Shown here one piece after another: positions 51,630 to 64,000 of a stretch of 64,000 nucleotides of DNA. Below the pieces are notes generated by a model. It had not been told where the DNA came from and made no database searches. It was given only the letters and a program-made list of their open reading frames with translations. The stretch's first letter is position 1; each line of letters begins with the position of its first letter. Made by a program: the position numbers and the translations under genes. Origin of the DNA: Callorhinchus milii (lineage: Eukaryota); contig NW_024704743.1 of the NCBI RefSeq assembly GCF_018977255.1, forward strand, positions 101,682,001 through 101,746,000, written 5' to 3'.

Positions 51630-52840
51630 GCCTGGAAAAAGCTTCCCCCTGTGTCCCTCACAAATGCCCTCTCTTCCTCGGACTTCCTCTCCCTCTGGCC
51701 TTCCAACCGTAGTGATCCTCATGCAGCCATCAAGCTGCTGAATTTCTGTCTCTTCTGTCTCTTCACAACCTTTAATTCCCTGGCTCCCCTGAAATCCAGG
51801 GCTGTTTCCAAATCCACCCACTCCCCTCTGGTGCAACAGTCATCTCTGTTTGCCTAAAACCCAAACCCGGATGCTCGAGCACAGATGGCAGAAATCTGGC
51901 CTCACGATTCATTGCCATCTGTGGCTCAAGCACCTCCGCACCTACCGCCTCTCCCTTTCACAGACCAAAACTGTCTTTTACTCCAAAGTCATCCTGGAGG
52001 CCAAAAACAACATTGTTTCAGGCCAACTTCGGTCAAACCTCTCCCTCCACTCCCTCCTCGAGCCCCTGCAGTCTGGTTTTCACGCTGCCCACAGCACAGA
52101 GACAGCGCTTTTCAAACTCACAAATGACATCCTCATTATCTGTGACCAAGGCTCCCTCTGCCTCCACGTCCTCCTGCATCTCGCTGCCACATTCGCACAG
52201 TTGAACATGCCATCCCCCTCCACTGCCTCTCCTCCCTCATCCACCTTGGTGGGACCACACTCTCATGGCTCAATTCCTATTTAACCAACCACCTCCACTT
52301 CATCTCAGCAAATAGTTTCTCCTCCAGCTGCCGACCGGTCACCTGCAGGGTACCCCAGGGCTCCATCTTTGGCCCCCTTCTTTTCCTCATCTATATGCTC
52401 CCTCTTGGTGATGTCATCTGCAGACAGGGGGTAAACGTTCACATGTATGCGGATGACACACAAATCTAGTCCTCCAGTATTGACTCCAGGTCTGCCGATG
52501 TTCTATTAGATTGCCTGGCAGACATCAGGGCCTGGATGAGTGCCAACTTCCTGCAGCTGGATGTGGACAAGACGGAAACAATATTCCTTGGCATCCGTCA
52601 ACATCTTCAATTCTGCCAATCTGAACCCGTCAACCACCCTGGGCTGTCCCTCACACTCACCGAACCGTGCTCAATCTAGGCGTCCGGTTTGACCCCCAGC
52701 TGTCCTTCTTCCACCACATCTGGCCCCTAACCAGGATCTCCTTCTTCCACCTCCACCACATTGCCCACCTTCGACTGTACCTGACCCCAAATGCAGCCGA
52801 AATCCTTGAGGATCCGTTAATTAAGTGCAAGTTGTTGTTG
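51630..52840 (+). mobile_element. L2 LINE fragment, internally deleted
   Basis: LEPLQSGFHAAHSTETALFKLTND, atgtatgcggatgacacacaa (YADDTQ) and NLGVRFDPQLSF. Confidence 0.9.
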
Positions 52841-54055
52841 TTGATACCCTGTAAAGTGTATTTTCTAGGTTAATACATCAGCCAATTTGTACACAGCAAT
52901 GCCTCACCAATAGCAATGAAGTGAATGACCAATTTTATCGGGTGGATTTTGCATGGGACACTGGGAGAAACTACCTTCTCTTTTTGAGTCATGCCATGGG
53001 ATCTTTAACATCCATCTCAATAGGCTGGGATCTCAGTTTAATGTCTCATTCGAAGGGCAGCACTTCCGACAAGATAGTTTTCTCCCGGTACTACTTTGGC
53101 ATGTCAGCCTAGACTATGTGAGTTGAAAGTCTTGATATGGGGCATGAAACCGCAATCTTCTAATTCAGAGGCACGAATACTACTAACTCAGGCAGGCTGA
53201 CATCAGGCTGGTGCAGAGCACCACAATGTACATTCTCGTGTAAAAGAAAATGTATGGTATCCACATAAAATTGCTCTTCACAACCCTGAACATGTATTCT
53301 CTTTCTCTGGTAGTTTGTTAGGCACCACAGTATATCTGAAAGTACAGGACAACTGTGTTATAGTCGTTATAACTGTGTAACAGTCTTGGTCCGGTTGTCT
53401 CAGTGGCCATATTATAAGCAAAGCCTTTGTAGAGGCTCTGGGACGCTACCCTGTGTGAAGGGCGCTATATAAATGCAAGTTGTTGTTGTAGAGGGATGTC
53501 AGCGATGCTTCTTGTGCCCAGTGGGCTATTTGTTTTGGATCTAGACGTGGCTAGAAAGGGTGAAGCCCGGGCGTATCATGCTTCTGGTGCTCAGTAGCCT
53601 AAATGAGCCAATGCTATAATGAAGGGTTCTATAATGGGGTTTCCCTGCAATGTTCTGGCTTTACTTTCTCTATCCCATTAGTCCTTTTATATACCTCTTC
53701 AAACTCCAGATACACAAAACATTTTATTTGTTAATGCCACACCTGGGATTTCAGAGGAGACTGGTTGTACTGTGCAGTCTGAGGTCAGGAAGCAGCTTTG
53801 ATTTTATTTCCTAATAGTTCAGAGTGATTTTGGAGGAAATCTTACATCCGATGTTCCAACTTCACAATCACTCACCTTGTTACAAACACAACAAATTGTA
53901 CTATTGGGGAATCTAGTTGGGGAATCTGGGGAAACAAGTTCCTGTTCATAGGCATGTGTGACTCTTGCTGATTTGTGGGTTGAGCACACACTGTACTCAT
54001 TCTCCTGGCTCAGCCATAAATTTATGTTAAAGTAGCCCAGCACCACCCCTGCAGA

Positions 54056-54410
54056 GGAATCCTATAGCTCAGTGGTTAGAGCACTCGCCTCGTAAGCGAG
54101 AGGACCTGGGTTCGATTCCCGGCAGGGCGAAACAATGGGCATGTTTCCTTACTCCACACACCTCTGTTCCTAGCAGGAAATAGGAACCCAGTTGTTAGTT
54201 GATTGGTAGATTGCTTTTCCGGTAATAATCCCTTCAAAAAATAATCAAAAAAAATTATAATATGGTCACTTAATCCACAACTGTTTGTCGGATACTTCTG
54301 TGCTCAATTGGCTGCCACATTTCGCCCACAAAACATACAGTCAAATTTTTTTTTGAGACAACTAGAAGATGTGATAAGGCTCTATATCAAATGCAAGGAT
54401 TATTATTATT
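54056..54410 (+). mobile_element. tRNA-derived SINE, long form
   Basis: Intact A-box TAGCTCAGTGG and B-box GGTTCGATTCC; (TTA)n tail. Confidence 0.9.
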
Positions 54411-54511
54411 TACAGGGGTAAAATTTGTTAACTTCATTAACCTCTTTGTTGTGTTACTTGGTGCTCGAATAAACTACGTAATGGTTTGTAGTTTGCCATT
54501 AAACTTTCATA

Positions 54512-54795
54512 TTACTGGGTCCGGCCTCCTCCGTGTCCCCCGAATCCTCCGCTCCACCATCGGCAGCTGTGCCTTCAGCCACTACGTCCCGAAACTTTGG
54601 AACTCCCTCCCTTAACCCTTTTGCCTCGCCCCATCCTTCCCCATCTTTAGGTCGAACCTGAAGACCTTCCTTTTCAACCGTGCCTAAGGTCACCTTCCCC
54701 TCCCTCTGGCTTGGCAATGGGCTGCACCATTGTTAAACGCTCTGAAACGCCGATGGCATGGAGGGCATTATATAAGTGCAAGTTGTTGTTGTTGA
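54512..54795 (+). mobile_element. L2 3' end
   Basis: LLRVPRILRSTIGSCAFSHYVPKLWNSLP, then tail tataagtgcaagttgttgttgttg. Confidence 0.85.
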
Positions 54796-55769
54796 TTACT
54801 GTATGCTGATGTTAGAGTTCATTTAGCTCTGTAACCAATGTTGCTTCTCAAGGCTTCTGCCCCCACACAGCCCACTCCTCCCACTGATCTGCCAGCAACT
54901 CAATACATCTCAATTAAAAAATTATAGAAAATCAACTTAATATACTGTTTCTTGATGTAACACAAATGTTTAAATTGTTATTCCCTCAGACTGCACCATT
55001 GTGTCAAGCCTACAATAATTAATGTCAACTATTCATCACAGATTTCAGACCATTTCATATTTTATGCCGACATTGATCAAAACATCAAACATGATAAAGA
55101 AAGTATTCAAATAGCCTAAAATTGCTCAAATTACATTTTGGATCATCTAATATCTTAGAGCTTCCTCAGCCCCTATGTACTATAGAATCCAGCCTCATGC
55201 TATACAATTGAAATAGGATCTGCCTTACATTTGAGCATAGAAGCTATCATGCCCCCTGGAGTGTTTCGTCTTTACAGTCTCACATCCAATTCCATTAAAA
55301 AATAAGTACTGGGTTCATCTGGCTCTTGAAAGGATTGAATCAACACAGTATTAAAAGTGTTTGCTTGACTCTGAACCATGTATCAACCACAAACCACTGT
55401 TTATTATTTTTTGAAAGTCGGCTGAGAAATGTACTGTCTTTTGGTATATTCTGCTTTTAGCAATATGCTTTCTTTTGATTAATATTGTTACTGTGTTGAA
55501 GTACTGTGAGTTATCATTTGAGCACTCATCTAAAAGTAATGGAAACTTGCCTGTTGGGTGAATAACTAGCACACACAATATTTCCACATCAGCAAAGAGG
55601 CTGCCTTTCCGAGGTTCAGATCTAAATTTAGATTTTTTTTCTATTTGTTATTTTCTGCAGGCCATCTTTAGAGCCAAAGACATTACTTTAATATTCCCTG
55701 CTCCTCCGGTAGGAATCAGTGTTTGCAGTCCTTTTATGGATAAATAATAATCCTGATGTATCAAACATG

Positions 55770-56120
55770 GTTTTCAAAATTATGTGGGGATTTGATAGGG
55801 TGAACTGGCGGGTGGGTTGGTAAACCAGGACATCGATTTAAAATAGTTGTTAAAAGAAATAGAGGGGAGGTGAGGGGAAATGTCTTCACACAGCGAGCGG
55901 ATCTAGAATGCATTATCTGAAAGGGTGGTGGAAGCCGATTCCATAATAACTTTTAATAGAAAAGAAGATAATTATTTGAGGAGGACAAATTTGCAGGGCT
56001 ATGGGGAGAGAGCGGGGGAGTGGGATTGATTTGGATAGCTCTTTTCAAAGAACCGGCACAGACACTATGGGCTGGATGGCCTCCTTCTATGCTATATAAT
56101 TCTATGATGCTATGATATGA
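55770..56120 (+). mobile_element. CR1 3' end
   Basis: Similar to 20860-21225; ends aattctatgatgctatgat. Confidence 0.85.
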
Positions 56121-59100
56121 TTGATAAAATATTTCAAAGTGTTTCACAATTTACTGTAAAGTGTTATGACTGTGTATCATGGATGCAATTTTTGCACAAC
56201 AGTTTTCCACAAACAGCATGGAAATGAAATTAGCACTGAAATGGTATGTGGAACCGATAGAACAATGAAATTAAAGTCCCAGTTTAGTTTGACATTATTG
56301 CTGTTCTATGATTCTACGACCCTATGCCTCTAATCTCTGGAACTCTCTTAAGACCACTGTCTCGCCCCCTCTCTATCTGCCCCTCCACCTTAAATTCTAC
56401 CTCTTCTCTCCCCCTCCCTTCCCTCTGCTTGGCATCTGTCTCTGTCACTGTTAATCACTCCGAGATGTTATTCTCTCACAGTGACATCATTCCCAGTTCC
56501 CAGTTCTTCCCAGTTGACTGTGAGCCAATCACTCAGAAGATGCACATTACACTTATGCTTTGAAGGTACTTCGATTTTTTCCATTTTATTTATGAATGCT
56601 CCTTTGATATACTGCCAATGTTATAATAATAAAAATATTATAATACTCGCATTTGATATAGTGCCTTTTCCTGTCAGAAGGATGACTCAAAGTACTTCAC
56701 AGGATTTACTGTAAAGTGGAGTGGCTGTGTGTTTTGTGGGTGAACGTGGCAGTCAATTTGCTCACAACAATGTACCACAAACAGCCATAAAGTAAATAAT
56801 CAATTTCATTGGGGGATTGTTGGCCAGGACAGGCTGCCATTGTGCAACAATGAGATGGAAAATGCACTGGTATATGTTTGCCTGATAGAAGTGTGGCACA
56901 TCAACCCACAGGAATTCTGCTCCAATACAATTTACCTTCTCCCCATCCATGAAACATTATTCAGTCCTTTCTTTCACCACTATTACTGACTTACAATCTC
57001 CATTGAGTGGGTCAGAGGTTTAAGTCCTCCCACAGTTTTAGCCTTAAAACCATTTTCTTAAAATGTAAAATTTGGAAAATTCTTAAACTTAGCCTTAATT
57101 TGAAAGTTTGTTTCCTGCATTTCTTGAAATAAAAAAAGGAAAATTGGTTTCAAAATCTAGACAGAATTTAAGACTTTTCCAAAATTTGCATGATCTTAAA
57201 TTTTAAAATAAAGATATGAAGGCTAAGACTTGAGGAATTAAGTTTGATTTTATTTTTATACCGAGGTTTCATAGAAAAACAGCAACAGAAGAAAGCCATT
57301 TAGCCCATATAAAAAAATGCCAGAATTATAAAAAAAAGCCAGGATTGTTATTAATATTATTATTATTATTCATCCTGTTCCACTGGTTTATTAGATCCTG
57401 ACAGATATTTTAATCCCAATGCTCCAACCTTTTGCCATTTCCCTTAATATCGCTCCCACTCAAGTAACTCTCTATCACTCTTTTAATCTATCAATTAATC
57501 TAATCTATTGATGCCACTTCTACAGATTTCTCAGGCAGAGCAATCCACATCATCATGAATCCTATGTATAAAGAAATTCTTCCTGACCTAAGTTCTAACT
57601 GTTTTGGCTCTGATTTTAAAAATATACCGATTTGTATTGCCCCTACTTCCAATATCTCTCATCTTGTGGTCCCAAATATAAATGTTCAGCTCCAAGTAAG
57701 ATTTGCTGAGTGTAGGAATTTCGATATTTAGAAGCCCACATGCAATATAAATCTATCTTGTCTTAATTGTGAGCTTTCCTATTTCAACCATAATCTGCTT
57801 TCTTATTTCAGCCATACTCAGCTGCTTTCAGATTGCTTCATGTGAAGTCAGATATTGTAATGAAGAATGATAATGACCATGAACCGTATCATGTCAGCAT
57901 TTGATGGAATTACTTTAATGACCATGTTTTGCTCAGGGCTTTAAGACTAAAATGCACCAACCTAGATATCACGGTCATGGCTGGATGTCTTTTAGCTACA
58001 GTGCTTTCTAAAAATGTGTTCAGCTCTGAATTCAGTTGATGGTGTAGCACTTAAAATTAATAATTCCTGCAACGAATGTATATAACCAATGGGTTTAAAG
58101 TTTATCAACACTGTTGATACAGACATATTAAAAGATGAATCATGTTTTCGATCATATAAAGTTCTAACACCTTGTGTTAGGATCCGTCTGGATCTAGATT
58201 TATGCTATTAATGTAACATTTCAGAGTTTCCAGAATTGAGCAAATTCTTCCATATAGTCTTTAATGTTGAAGCCATTTTATTTTAAATTTATTTTAAAAA
58301 GTACAAAAAATAGGTAGACGGAACCTCGATTTAATGTCTCATCCAAAGTGAGGCACCTCTAACAATATTACTCAAAGTTTCCATTTTATTGTTTACGACT
58401 GGTTTGGCTTATAGTACTCTTTTGGTAAATAACAGCTGCTTAATTCTATTCAAACAAATTGCTATTTGTGATGCAGTTTGCAATTTGCCTCTACATAATA
58501 CTGGAGTATATTTTGTAGTATTCCTTTTTTGTTGTAAGCTGGGTGTCTGACATGTAGACACCCATCAACATGCTTCAGAGTGTTCAAACCAAACTGAGAA
58601 TTCCTTTCTTCCAACCTACATGTGAAAATTCCCATGCTTGGAAAGTAATTTGCAGTCTCTCCCTGATGCGATGCATCCTGCTTACCCAAAGCCAGAGAAC
58701 ATTGAATGCAGGTTAGCAAAAGTGAACACTTCAGGCCCCTGAGTACTGTATACGCCAGGGTACAACTGGAGTCTAAACCAGTTTAATTAACCATCTTATT
58801 TACCACCATTAAAAAGCATCAGGTGGCAGCACACCCCTCCAGGTAACTGGTTCCTACCTTTCAATTCTGCAATTTCATTTGGTGAAAACATCGTTCAATG
58901 AGAAGGGATGTGTGTCTGTGTTGTGCACAGGAAGATGGTGGCATTGCTTTCAAGCATTTCATGCTGAGCTGTGTTGCCCACCGGGAAGCTCCAGGTTGTT
59001 TCTGGTACCTGCAATCCACTGAGTGAGGGCTCAAACCTGCACTTGTCAAATGACCAACTAGTGACTATCTTTTCTTGAGGGGGAGGTGTTTGGGGTTTGC

Positions 59101-59393
59101 TTGGAGCTGGTTCCAAGGTGACACGTTTGGCAACTCCGTGGTGGTCTCAGTAGTCCAGTTCCTGAGCCAGGCAGGTCTGCAGTATTCCAGGGCACTGCTC
59201 ATGACAGCCCAGCCAACTGGCTCATCGGAGGGACTTAAAAGGGCAGATCAGTCACTGGGATAGGGACTATTCCCACTCAGCTCCTGTTAACCCTGCAAGC
59301 CAAAGCCCTAACGGATAAGGTGATACTAGCAAGGTACATCTGGAGTCACCCAAGCCTTGGCTCTTTCCAACCAGAGCAAATGCTTTCAGGAAT

Positions 59394-59713
59394 TATAATA
59401 ATAATAATAATCCTTGCATTTGATATAGCACTTTTCATGTCTTCTCGACGTCTCAAAGCGCTACACAGAATATGCTGTAAAGTGAATTGATAGTATATTT
59501 CTGGGCAAAACGTGGTAGCCAATTGCGCACAGCAATGTCCCACAAACAGTCGTGGATTGAAAATGACCAATTTATTATTGGTTTGTTTTGGAGGGATTAT
59601 TATTAGGCGTGTGGAGTAAGGAAACTTGCCCAAGGTTTCGCCCTCTGCCTGGAATTGAACCCAGGTGTCTCGCTTGCAAGGCAAGTGCTCTAACCACTGA
59701 GCTACAGGACTCC
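59394..59713 (-). mobile_element. tRNA-derived SINE, short form, inserted in the unclassified repeat
   Basis: Full length, with aatta at both junctions; the host repeat resumes at 59714. Confidence 0.9.
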
Positions 59714-61367
59714 AAATTAGATAAGAAGATGCTTCCCTCCAGGGAGACAGTGCGCATTTCATTCCAATAAACATCTTTGGAGTTTCCATTTATAGGTGGG
59801 ATGTATGGAAATCTCATTTTGGTTTGAATAATCTTAAGCATGGTGATGAGTGCCCCATCCTAAGGATGAGATGATGAAGCCCTGTCTGCCTATTGAGGTG
59901 GACATTAATGATCCCACGCCAATATTTAAAGCTATAAGGGAGTTTCTCCCAATGTCCTGGTCAACTATCTGCCAGATGAAGTTGTTTGTGCCGCTTTCGT
60001 TCAGCTAGTGCAGAACTGGTGATCAGCCCCCTAAACCCCTCTGCACGATCATTGGTGGCCATGCCTTCAGTCACTATGCGCCTAATCTCTGAAATTCCTT
60101 GCCTCAATTTATCAGGCTCACTCCCTCTTTATCTTTAAATTCCACCGAAAGATCTAGCTCTTGAAGCTTGTCTGTGGTCACCTCCCCCTCTCTCTTCTGC
60201 CTTGCTCAATGTCCAATCCCCCCACTGTGCAGTGTTCCGAGACACTATTCTGGGTGAGGCCTCTATATAAATACAAGTATTGTTGTTGATGTGGGATATT
60301 GCTGCGTGCAAATTGTTGAATTCACAAAATACACAGTCACAACATTTTACAATAAATTTGAGACATTTTGACAACATCAAAGCAAGGATTATTATTTTTC
60401 AGCTTGAACAGCGTGACGCACGTTGAGAATGGTCAGCAGCTGCTATTGACAAACAGAACCTGCCACTAAATTGAATAAAACTGTGAAAATAGTTACAATA
60501 ACAACAGTATCAGATAGTGATTTCATGGCTGTAATCTAATCTTCAAAATCAGATGATAATTATCATTCCATTAAACTTTGCTGCTGAGTTTTATGTAATT
60601 TTAGCTCCTTGACTGAACTGCTGCCTTTGTAATTGTTAGTAGATATCTAAAAGTAAGTAAGGGTTTGGTGCCAAGCCAAAAAGAAAAGGGAGGTTACCTT
60701 AGGCATGGTCAAAGAGGAAATTCTTCAGATGCAAGTTGGGGTCAAGGTGGAGATAACAATTGTCTTAAAAGTTAAGAACTGTAGAATTGTGTAAAATTCA
60801 TGAATTTAGCCAATTCTTTTTAAGATGTATGAATGAATGGGTTCCAAATTAAGCAGAATTTTTCAAAATGGTACATGTGTTTTGCAAAGCCTTGAAAGCA
60901 AAAGCTTCAAGATTTAAATGAACTTTTCTTCCCATATTTTTACCAACACAGAAATAAGCTGAGAACGCCAGGTGAAAGAGAAAAAACGGCTGCAATAAAA
61001 GTTCAAATTCATTCATAAATGAGAGAGTTTTGAGAAAAACAAATACAATTTGAAACAATTTAATAGTAGTAATTGTATTTGATGGTAGTGCTTTACCACG
61101 TCGTCAAAACATTCCAAAACGCTTTACATGATTTCCTGTAAAGGGCAGTGATAATGTATTGGTATTACATACATTTGAATCAGTGTCAATTCGGAAGCAG
61201 TTTAGATGGAGTTTTTTCATCCTTTAGATATTTACTGTATCGCTAATTGTAGTAGTCCAAAATACAATGGTTGTGGGTTTAAGAACCACAATTCTCTCAT
61301 TTATGAATGAATTAGAACTTTTATTGCAGCCTTTTTTCCCTTTCACCTAGTGTTCTCAGCTTAATTC

Positions 61368-61432
61368 TGACAGTGAGCTCAAAGTCCCGTTGTGGGTTCA
61401 AGACCCACAATGGGACTTTGAGCTCACTGTCA
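61368..61432. repeat. 30-bp inverted repeat with 5-nt loop
   Basis: Arms 61368-61397 and 61403-61432 are reverse complements except at one position; the loop is tcaag. Confidence 0.95.
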
Positions 61433-64000
61433 ATACTGACAATCCAGTGCAGTGTTGTGGGAAAGCTGTGATGTAGGAAGTGCCGTCCTTTGGATGATAT
61501 ATTAAATCAAAGTCAAAGATCCCTTGTTACTACTTGAAAAGGGAAGGGAGTTTCTCCTGGACAAAAATTGTTCATTCACTTCTCGACTGTTTGTGCAAAT
61601 TGGCTGCCACATTCTCCTACAAGATACAGACTGACTACACTTTACAATACATTCTGTAAAGCTCTTTGAGATGTTTTGCAGATATGAAAGGTACTATATG
61701 AAATCCAAGGATTTTATTATTATTATTCTAAACTGTCACAATTTTTACCCCAGCATCTTAAAAACTTTAGTTAATGTAATTAGATTGATGCACTGATATA
61801 AACAGTACCCTTGATGTACAGTTGATGGAAGAGAGACTGACATAAGAAGGTCACTGTAGTCAGAAATAGGAACGTGGCTGTCTGCAAAGATTAATATTTG
61901 CTTTATGCTGTCTTGAGGACATCTTCATGTTATACTTTCCTAAACATGAGCAGCAGCTGATGTGCCTGAATCCTTTTCCTATGGGCAGAGATGTGAAGCA
62001 TGTCCAAATGATAGACACATGAGAACAAAGAGATGTGGGTGCCTGCTGATATGAGTTAAACTACAAATGGAGAAACAATACACAAGCTGCTCTGCAGTAA
62101 CATATAGCCTACCTTGCAGTTGCATCCATTGTTCTGTAAGACACTGCCACTCAGTTGGACGAGAGATGGTATCGCTCCCAACACTAAATGCAATTGCAGG
62201 GTTACATTTCATGCTCCTGTTCCCATTGACTGAAAGCTGAGATTTCTGCAGAATTGTATACACGCTATATTACGTTGACTTTGTGGGACTGTGCAGTGCA
62301 ATTTCTCTGTGCTTATTAATGTTTTCATACATTTAGGGTTAGAGTTAGACCTTTTTAATTGGAGATGTAGTGGTAGTAAAGTTACAACATTATTGTTATT
62401 TCACCAGTGATAAAGCTTAAGATACTTATCTACTTATCATAATATCCACTTAAGATATTTTAAATTCAGCACAGAAATAATAAAATAATTAAATTGGTTT
62501 AATTAAAGGTTTAATAATAGCTGTGACTATGCACATGTAGGTGACCATGCCAATCAATCTGTGTACAGCAATGTCCTACAAACAGCCAATTTTATCTGAG
62601 AGATTGTTGACCACAACACCAGGAATAACTCCCATGTGATGTTTAACATCCACCTGAACAGGCTGACAGGATGTTAGTATAACATCCCATCCATAGGATG
62701 GTACCTCCAACAATGCAGGGCACCCCCAGCACTGTATTAACGTGTCAGCCTAGGTTGTGAGTTCAAAGCTCCAATATTTGGCTTGACTCAGAGGTGAGAG
62801 TACTATTAACTGAGCCAGGCTGACACAGTTTAGTCACACAAGGAGAAATGAAATATAGAGCTCAGTATATCAGGTAATTAATGCAGTCAAGCAAAATAGT
62901 ACATTTGTGTTATTTATAACTTTTATTTCTCCATTGAGGGATTTGCATCAAAGTGACAACTAACAAATAGGTACTTCTGAACAAGAGGCATTTAAGACTC
63001 AAAATCCCAAAATGCCACCTGATCTTATTTTGGGAGATAATTTTGTCTTCAAAGTGAATATTCAGTCTTAATTAAAATTCTATTTTCCTGCGTCACCTTA
63101 AACTGTAAGACAAAATAGTCCCAACGAAAACCAGGCAAACGATCAGGCTTCAGACACATATATATGTAATTATAGCTTTCAGAACTAGATTGTATCAGAA
63201 TAGGAGATTGAATTCATTTGAAATGTTGGGTGCAGACCCATATTAAACTGTGACCTACTTAAAAGAATAAATATTTTCTGCATGAGTGAAAAATACTGCT
63301 CTGATTGGTTGAGAATGATGTAATGACTAATAAAAGGATGTAGAAGGATCACTGGAGGCAGGGATTCTCCCCCCTCAGCTCTTGTTAACTCTACAAGCCA
63401 AAGCCCTTATCCACGACTGTTTGTGGGACACTGCTGTGCGTAATTGGCTGTCACGTTTCACGCACAAAATATACAGTCAATTCACTTTACAGTATATTCT
63501 GTGAAGCGCTTTGAGTTGTCTTGAAGACGTGATCAGGCGCTATATCAAATGCAAGTATTATTATTATTATAGAGTGGTCCTAGCTGGACAAGCAGTGGGA
63601 AACTGACAGCTGACAAATTATGCAGTTTGGGCTGGTTAACTTCCAGCAGTATCCCAATGCACATTTTGGGATCCAACCTGTGCATGTTCCTTTCCAGAAT
63701 TAGGTAAGCAGGGTGCGCCCCTCCGGGGATAGAGTGTACGTTTCATTCCAGACACAGGGAAGTAGGTACATGGCATAATTATGTGGAATTATGTGGAACC
63801 ATAAATATGGTGTGAATACTCTTAAGCATTGTGATGGGTTTCCACATGTGTCAGACACATGGCAGATCCAAATAAAATTACATTCACTGTCACATTCACC
63901 TACAAAATACACTTTACAAGAAATAATGTGAAGTGCTTTGAGACATTCTCCTGACGTGAAAAGCGCTATGTAAAATGTAACAATANTTTTTAGGACTGCA

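Noticed and set aside
54056..54130. tRNA-Ala-like genes at SINE heads
   Set aside because: No complete acceptor stem, variable anticodon loop, and always fused to the SINE body and tail.
1..64000. CRISPR array or prokaryotic operon
   Set aside because: Recurrent motifs are dispersed SINE/LINE tails with irregular spacing. The DNA is intron-containing vertebrate sequence.

Overview
Vertebrate genomic DNA, most likely from a cartilaginous fish. The organism call is inferred from the L2/CR1 LINE and tRNA-SINE content and is not proven. The window holds the 5' half of a syntabulin (SYBU/GOLSYN) gene on the minus strand. Four coding exons with canonical GT-AG sites and compatible phases (35034-35060, 33055-33250, 25839-26036, 2957-3059) splice into MGPFNEYHK|DQKVREKESSRSRIPRLVLRP...SCCS(D)|DTGCPSSQSVSPVKSP...LVQP(G)|SEADFSSSSSTGSISAPEGLMSNTGSKRSSASR. 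The remaining exons lie beyond position 1. The rest is intron and upstream DNA filled with degraded L2 and CR1 LINEs, a tRNA-Ala-headed SINE in long and short forms, older Deu-domain-like SINEs, an unclassified ~0.7-0.9 kb repeat, and large microsatellites bracketing exon 2. I found no prokaryote-type system and no intact novel ORF. The best leads are: (1) a candidate internal SYBU promoter and first exon (RFX X-box plus MESSRLK/G, in frame with exon 4); (2) other candidate alternative 5' exons; (3) a templated inverted-insertion scar at ~61.3 kb that creates a 30-bp hairpin; (4) the unclassified repeat, which occurs as inverted pairs. Repeat boundaries were read by eye and are approximate; exon boundaries were counted to the base.
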